From positions 30,583 to 94,582 of the forward strand of contig MGPV01000029.1 in NCBI GenBank assembly GCA_001797615.1: DNA of 64,000 nucleotides, written 5' to 3'. This document shows positions 59,615 through 64,000 of this stretch, piece after piece. Position 1 is the stretch's first letter; every line of letters begins with the position of its first letter. Under the pieces are notes generated by a model. That model was given only the letters and a program-made list of their open reading frames with translations. It was not told the origin of the DNA and searched no databases. The translations under genes and the position numbers were made by a program. This DNA comes from Deltaproteobacteria bacterium GWC2_65_14. Lineage in GTDB: Bacteria > Desulfobacterota > Deferrimicrobia > Deferrimicrobiales > Deferrimicrobiaceae.

Positions 59615-60144
59615 GCACCCGGACCGAGCCGATGCCGGCGCTCCTGGTGGCATCCGTGATCTACCGGTCGGAGAATCGTTTCGACGAGGGGGCCGGGCGG
59701 CTTGCCGAGGTCTGGGGGCCGCCCTCGCGGGTCAGCGATCCGTTTCCCTTCGACCGGACCGGATACTACCGGAGGGAGATGGGAGAGCCTCTCCATCGCC
59801 GCTTTTTCGTGGGCTCTACCCCGGTCGGCCGGGATGCGCTCCCGGAGATCAAGCGGTCGGCCGAAATCGTCGAACGGGAATTTTCGGAGGAGGGCCGCCG
59901 GACCCTGAACATCGACCCCGGAATCCTCACGGAGGAGAACTTCGTTCTCGCGACCGGGAAGAACTACAGCCACCGGGTCTACCTCCGCGAGGGAGTCTAT
60001 GCCGACCTGACCCTCCTGTACCGGGGGGGGCGATACGTGGGCCTTCCCTGGACCTATCCCGATTACGCAGGCGAGGAGATCCGGAGGTTTCTCGGGGAGA
60101 TCCGGGAGGAGTTCCGCCGGACGAGAACCCCGCAGCCTGGCTGA
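59611..60144 (+). CDS. DUF4416-like hypothetical protein
   Basis: 177 aa. Start ATG overlaps the hldE stop. The family assignment is from memory only. Confidence 0.5.
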   Translation: MSTRTEPMPALLVASVIYRSENRFDEGAGRLAEVWGPPSRVSDPFPFDRTGYYRREMGEPLHRRFFVGSTPVGRDALPEIKRSAEIVEREFSEEGRRTLNIDPGILTEENFVLATGKNYSHRVYLREGVYADLTLLYRGGRYVGLPWTYPDYAGEEIRRFLGEIREEFRRTRTPQPG

Positions 60145-60156
60145 AACGAGGCGACG

Positions 60157-61041
60157 ATGTGGCAGAGCATGACAGGGTATGGACGAGGTGAGGCCCGGGC
60201 GGGGGAGATCTCCGTGACCGCCGAGATCCGCACGGTGAACCACCGTTTCCTGGATCTTCACGTCCGGTGCCCGTCGAAGTACATGGGATGGGAAGTCCGC
60301 GTACGCTCCCTCCTTAGGGAATCGCTTGCGCGCGGGAAGGTGGATCTGTTTCTCGCGGTCCGGGATTGGGGGAAAGCCGGGGCAAGCGTGCAGGTGAACC
60401 GGGAGCTTCTGCGGCGGTTCCTGGACGAGGCCGGGAGAATCCGGGAGGAGCACCGGCTCGAAATGAACCTGTCGGTCCGCGATCTTCTCGGCGTTCCGGA
60501 CCTGTTCGTGTTCGCACCGGAAGGGGACGACGACGCGGAGGAGAACTGGAAGATCGCGGAGGAGGCGGTGCGGGGAGCGATCCGCATGCTTCTCGAAGCG
60601 AGGAGGGTCGAAGGGGAACGGATGCGTTCCGTGATCGGGGAGTCGGTCCGCAGGCTCCGGGAGATCTCGGACGAGATCTCCCCTCTCTCCCGTGAAAACA
60701 AGGAGCTGGCGCTGGCACGGTTCCGGGAGCGGATCGAGTTCCTTTCCGGCGAGGTGGGAACGGACCCGGCGCGGCTTTCCCAGGAAGCGGCCTATCTCGC
60801 GGACCGGCTGGATGTGACGGAGGAGTGCGAGCGGATGGGATCCCACCTCTCCGGGCTGGAGGGGCTGCTCCGGAATCCGGGGGGAGCGGTGGGGAAGCGT
60901 TTCGACTTCCTCATCCAGGAACTGTTCCGGGAGATGAACACGGCCTCGAACAAGTCGGCGCACACCGGGATTTCGGAACGGGTTGTCGAGGCGAAAACGG
61001 AGCTGGAAAAGGTAAGGGAACAGATTCAAAATGTGGAGTAA
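60157..61041 (+). CDS. yicC: YicC family stress-induced protein
   Basis: SMTGYGRGEA…NHRFLD N-terminus. The start may be the ATG at 60169. Confidence 0.88.
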   Translation: MWQSMTGYGRGEARAGEISVTAEIRTVNHRFLDLHVRCPSKYMGWEVRVRSLLRESLARGKVDLFLAVRDWGKAGASVQVNRELLRRFLDEAGRIREEHRLEMNLSVRDLLGVPDLFVFAPEGDDDAEENWKIAEEAVRGAIRMLLEARRVEGERMRSVIGESVRRLREISDEISPLSRENKELALARFRERIEFLSGEVGTDPARLSQEAAYLADRLDVTEECERMGSHLSGLEGLLRNPGGAVGKRFDFLIQELFREMNTASNKSAHTGISERVVEAKTELEKVREQIQNVE

Positions 61042-61043
61042 GA

Positions 61044-61661
61044 ATGCGAAAAGGTAGTGTTTTTGTTGTATCCGCTCCCTCGGGATCCGGAAAGACGACG
61101 ATCTGCAGGAAGCTCCTCGAACGGGTGGAGGACCTCGAGCTCTCCGTTTCCTACTCGACGAGGCCGCGAAAGAGGGGGGAAGCGGACGGGGTGGATTATT
61201 ATTTCATCACACCCGAAGTTTTTGATAAAATGATAAATTCAAAGGTTTTTTTGGAGCATGCCTTTGTGCACGGGAATCGGTACGGGACCTCCCGGGAGAC
61301 GGTGGAGTCGATCGTTTCCCGCGGGAAGGATGCCCTCCTCGAGATCGACGTCCAGGGGGGGCGGATGGTGAAGGAAACGGTCCCCGGGGCGGTCCTCGTG
61401 GCGATTTTTCCCCCGGACCGCGAGGCGCTGGAGCGCAGGCTGGCCGGAAGGGGGCGGGAAACCCGGGAAGAGATGGACGAGCGGATGAAGGCGGGGGACC
61501 GGGAGGGTCTCGAGCTGCGTTCGTACGAGCACCACGTCGTCAACGACGACCTCGAAACCGCGGTTTCGCAGGTGGAATCGATCATTCGGGCCCATCGGTC
61601 CAGGCAAGAAGGGGATGGGCGCCTCATGGGACGGGACAACTCGAGTACCGGAGAGGAATAG
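61044..61661 (+). CDS. gmk: Guanylate kinase
   Basis: P-loop [10 protein letters not shown] and [11 protein letters not shown]. It contains two strikingly AT-rich patches. Confidence 0.92.
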   Translation: MRKGSVFVVSAPSGSGKTTICRKLLERVEDLELSVSYSTRPRKRGEADGVDYYFITPEVFDKMINSKVFLEHAFVHGNRYGTSRETVESIVSRGKDALLEIDVQGGRMVKETVPGAVLVAIFPPDREALERRLAGRGRETREEMDERMKAGDREGLELRSYEHHVVNDDLETAVSQVESIIRAHRSRQEGDGRLMGRDNSSTGEE

Positions 61662-61663
61662 CG

Positions 61664-61858
61664 ATGGCCAGAGTCACCGTGGAGGATTGTCTGCATCACG
61701 TTACGAGCCACTTCGAACTGACCGTGGTGGCGGCCAAGCGGGCCAAGCAGCTTCTGGGCGGACAGGGAGCCTCGATCGACACCTCCCAGCGCAGGGACAA
61801 GCCGACGGTGGTCGCCCTGCGGGAGATCGCCCAGGGGACGGTTCGGGTCAAGCGGTAG
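61664..61858 (+). CDS. rpoZ: RNA polymerase omega subunit
   Basis: [10 protein letters not shown]…; 64 aa. Confidence 0.93.
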   Translation: MARVTVEDCLHHVTSHFELTVVAAKRAKQLLGGQGASIDTSQRRDKPTVVALREIAQGTVRVKR

Positions 61859-61872
61859 TCCCGGGAGGCGGA

Positions 61873-64000
61873 ATGCTCCGCCTGAACGACATCGTCGAGC
61901 GGGTCCAGGCCACCAGTGCCGAGGCCGACGTCGAGCTCATCCAGAAGGCCTACGTGTTCACGGCGAAGGTCCACCACGGCCAGCTGCGGGAGTCCGGCGA
62001 GCCCTACCTGATCCACCCCTTGAACGTCGCCTACATCCTCGCCGACTGGAACATGGACGAGGAGACCGTGGTCACGGGCCTCCTGCACGACACGGTGGAG
62101 GACACGGTCGCATCCCGGGAGGAGATCGAGGAGCTGTTCGGACCCACCGTCGCGCAGATGGTGGACGGCGTCACGAAGATCAGCCGGGTCGTCCTTTCCG
62201 ACGTCGCCGACCAGAAGGCGGAATCGCTGCGGAAGATGATCCTCGCCATGGGGCGGGACATCCGGGTGATCCTCGTGAAGCTGGCCGACCGGATCCACAA
62301 CATGCGCACCATCGCGCATCTGTCTCCCGACAGGCAGGCCGCCATCGCGCACGAGACGCAGGAGATCTACGCGCCGATCGCGAGCCGCCTCGGGATGTCC
62401 CGCGTAAAGATGGAGCTCGAGGACCTCTGCTTCCAGATTCTCCACCCCGCCGATTACCGGGAGCTGTCCCGGGCGGCCGACGAACGGAAGCGGAACCGGG
62501 AGGCCCATATCCAGAGCGTGACCGCCCTGCTGGAGAAGAAGATCGGGGACGCGGGGCTTTCGGCGGCGGTCACCGGCCGCTCCAAGAACATCGCGGGGAT
62601 CTTCAACAAGATGGCCCGCCAGGCGATCGAGTTCGAGCAGGTCTACGACCTGATCGGCTTCCGGATCATCATGAAGACGGTCCGGGAGGTCTACGAGGTC
62701 CTCGGGATCGTGCACAGCCTCTGGAGGCCGGTCCCGGGACGGTTCAAGGACTACATCGCGATGCCGAAGGCCAACCTGTACCAGTCGCTCCACACGACGG
62801 TGTTCGGACCGAACTCGGAGATGATGGAGATCCAGATCCGGACCGAGGAGATGCACGCGCTGGCGGAATACGGGGTCGCGGCGCACTGGCGATACAAGGA
62901 AGGGAAGCCGTCGACGGACAAGGGCGACCAGATGTTCGTGTGGCTGCGGCAGATCCTGGAGCTGCAGCAGGAGATGAAGGACCCCCGGGAGTTCCTGAAC
63001 ACGGTGAAGGTGGAGCTGTTCCCGGACGAGGTGTACGTCTTCACACCGCGGGGAGATGTGAAGGGGCTCCCCCGGGGAGCCACCCCCATCGATTTCGCCT
63101 ACGCGATCCACACCGAGGTGGGAAACCAGTGCGTCGGGGCGAAGCTGAACGGAAGAATGGTCCCCCTGAGGACCGCGCTGAAGAACGGGGACGTGGTGGA
63201 GATCCTCACGAGCTCCTCCCACCGGCCGAGCAAGGACTGGCTGAAGATCGCCAAGACGAGCAGGGCCCTGAACAAGATCCGGGCCTTCGTCCGGGAGGAG
63301 CAGCAGGAGCACAGCCTCGCGGTAGGGCGCCAGATCCTCGAGAGGGAGTTTCGGAAATACGGGATTTCGCTGAACCGGGCGCTGAAGGCGCCGGAGTTTC
63401 TCGAGATCCTCCAGGAGAACCGCTTCAAGGGCCCGGACGACTACTTCGTCGCGGTCGGGTACGGGAAGGTCTCCCTCGTTCCCCTCCTGCGGAAGCTGGT
63501 TCCCCCGGACCAGCTGCAGGAGCGGGGGAAGGAAACCCGCCTGGGAGCGCTGATCCGGAAGGTGATGCCGCGCAAGCCGAGCGCGGTGATCGTCAAGGGC
63601 GTGGACGACATGTTTTCCAGGCTGGCGAACTGCTGCCACCCGGTCCCCGGCGATCCGATCGTCGGGTTCATCACCCGGGGGCGCGGCGTGACGATCCACT
63701 CCCGCGACTGTCCGCGGGCGCTGGAGGTCGACCCGGCGAGGTCGATCGACGTGGTCTGGCAGGAGGGGACGAAGGCCTCCCACCCGGTGAAGCTCAAGGT
63801 CATATGCCTAGACAAGCCGGGGCTTCTCGCCGACATCTCGAGGACGATCACGGCGAGCGACGTCGACATCCGGAGGGCCGTCGTGATGACCACGAAGGAC
63901 AAGCGGGCGATCTGCAGCTTCGACGTCTCGGTGAAAGATGCGTCCCACCTGTCCGCCCTCATCAAGGCGATCGAGAAGGTCAAGAACGTCTACACCGTGG
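61873..64000 (+). CDS. spoT: Bifunctional (p)ppGpp synthetase/hydrolase RelA/SpoT (5' part; runs off the right edge)
   Basis: HD domain (HPLNVAYIL…HDTVEDT), synthetase domain, then TGS and ACT-like regions. It has no stop in the window, hence is absent from the track. Confidence 0.92.
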   Translation, partial: MLRLNDIVERVQATSAEADVELIQKAYVFTAKVHHGQLRESGEPYLIHPLNVAYILADWNMDEETVVTGLLHDTVEDTVASREEIEELFGPTVAQMVDGVTKISRVVLSDVADQKAESLRKMILAMGRDIRVILVKLADRIHNMRTIAHLSPDRQAAIAHETQEIYAPIASRLGMSRVKMELEDLCFQILHPADYRELSRAADERKRNREAHIQSVTALLEKKIGDAGLSAAVTGRSKNIAGIFNKMARQAIEFEQVYDLIGFRIIMKTVREVYEVLGIVHSLWRPVPGRFKDYIAMPKANLYQSLHTTVFGPNSEMMEIQIRTEEMHALAEYGVAAHWRYKEGKPSTDKGDQMFVWLRQILELQQEMKDPREFLNTVKVELFPDEVYVFTPRGDVKGLPRGATPIDFAYAIHTEVGNQCVGAKLNGRMVPLRTALKNGDVVEILTSSSHRPSKDWLKIAKTSRALNKIRAFVREEQQEHSLAVGRQILEREFRKYGISLNRALKAPEFLEILQENRFKGPDDYFVAVGYGKVSLVPLLRKLVPPDQLQERGKETRLGALIRKVMPRKPSAVIVKGVDDMFSRLANCCHPVPGDPIVGFITRGRGVTIHSRDCPRALEVDPARSIDVVWQEGTKASHPVKLKVICLDKPGLLADISRTITASDVDIRRAVVMTTKDKRAICSFDVSVKDASHLSALIKAIEKVKNVYTV

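Overview
This is a high-GC bacterial chromosomal window. The codon usage and gene order resemble a Gram-negative, delta-proteobacterium-like lineage, but the taxon cannot be named from sequence alone. The left ~11 kb is accessory. It carries a minus-strand type II secretion operon (gspF partial, gspE, gspD, gspC), a YjbQ-family gene, a small cysteine-rich gene, and an acyl-CoA dehydrogenase pseudogene with an internal deletion. Next comes a ~3.9-kb degenerate integrative islet inserted into tRNA-Glu(CUC). It is bounded by a perfect 48-bp direct repeat (7226-7273 = 11089-11136). The displaced native tRNA 3' end, with its terminator, sits at the far boundary. The islet carries a C-terminal-only tyrosine integrase fragment, a class II Fic protein, and a two-gene operon: a MazF/PemK-family toxin homologue with no MazE gene, followed by a 455-aa SEC-C-motif protein. 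It also holds two near-identical ~30-bp palindromic elements and a 12-nt tandem repeat at the toxin promoter. tRNA-Glu and tRNA-Gln lie beside glnS and gltX. The rest (11.3-64 kb) is conserved housekeeping synteny, as follows. MEMO1-like gene; promoter-yceD-rpmF-plsX-fabH-fabD-fabG-acpP-fabF; rpiB, glyA, dCMP deaminase, nrdR, ribD-ribE-ribBA-ribH-nusB; leuS-lptE-holA; rpsT; ogt; mazG. A two-gene module of unknown function (polytopic TPR/zinc-ribbon membrane protein plus DUF4388 protein). phoH-ybeY-lnt; prfB with the classic programmed +1 frameshift; lysS, lolCE-lolD, bamA-skp-lpxD-fabZ-lpxA. A GnnA-like Gfo/Idh/MocA oxidoreductase between lpxA and lpxB; msbA-waaA-lpxK-lpxL-like-gmhB-DUF3108-trm112-hldE kinase-DUF4416; yicC-gmk-rpoZ and the 5' part of relA/spoT. 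Many long antisense ORFs in the track are GC-driven artefacts. All calls rest on reading the translations and sequence by eye. No database search was run.
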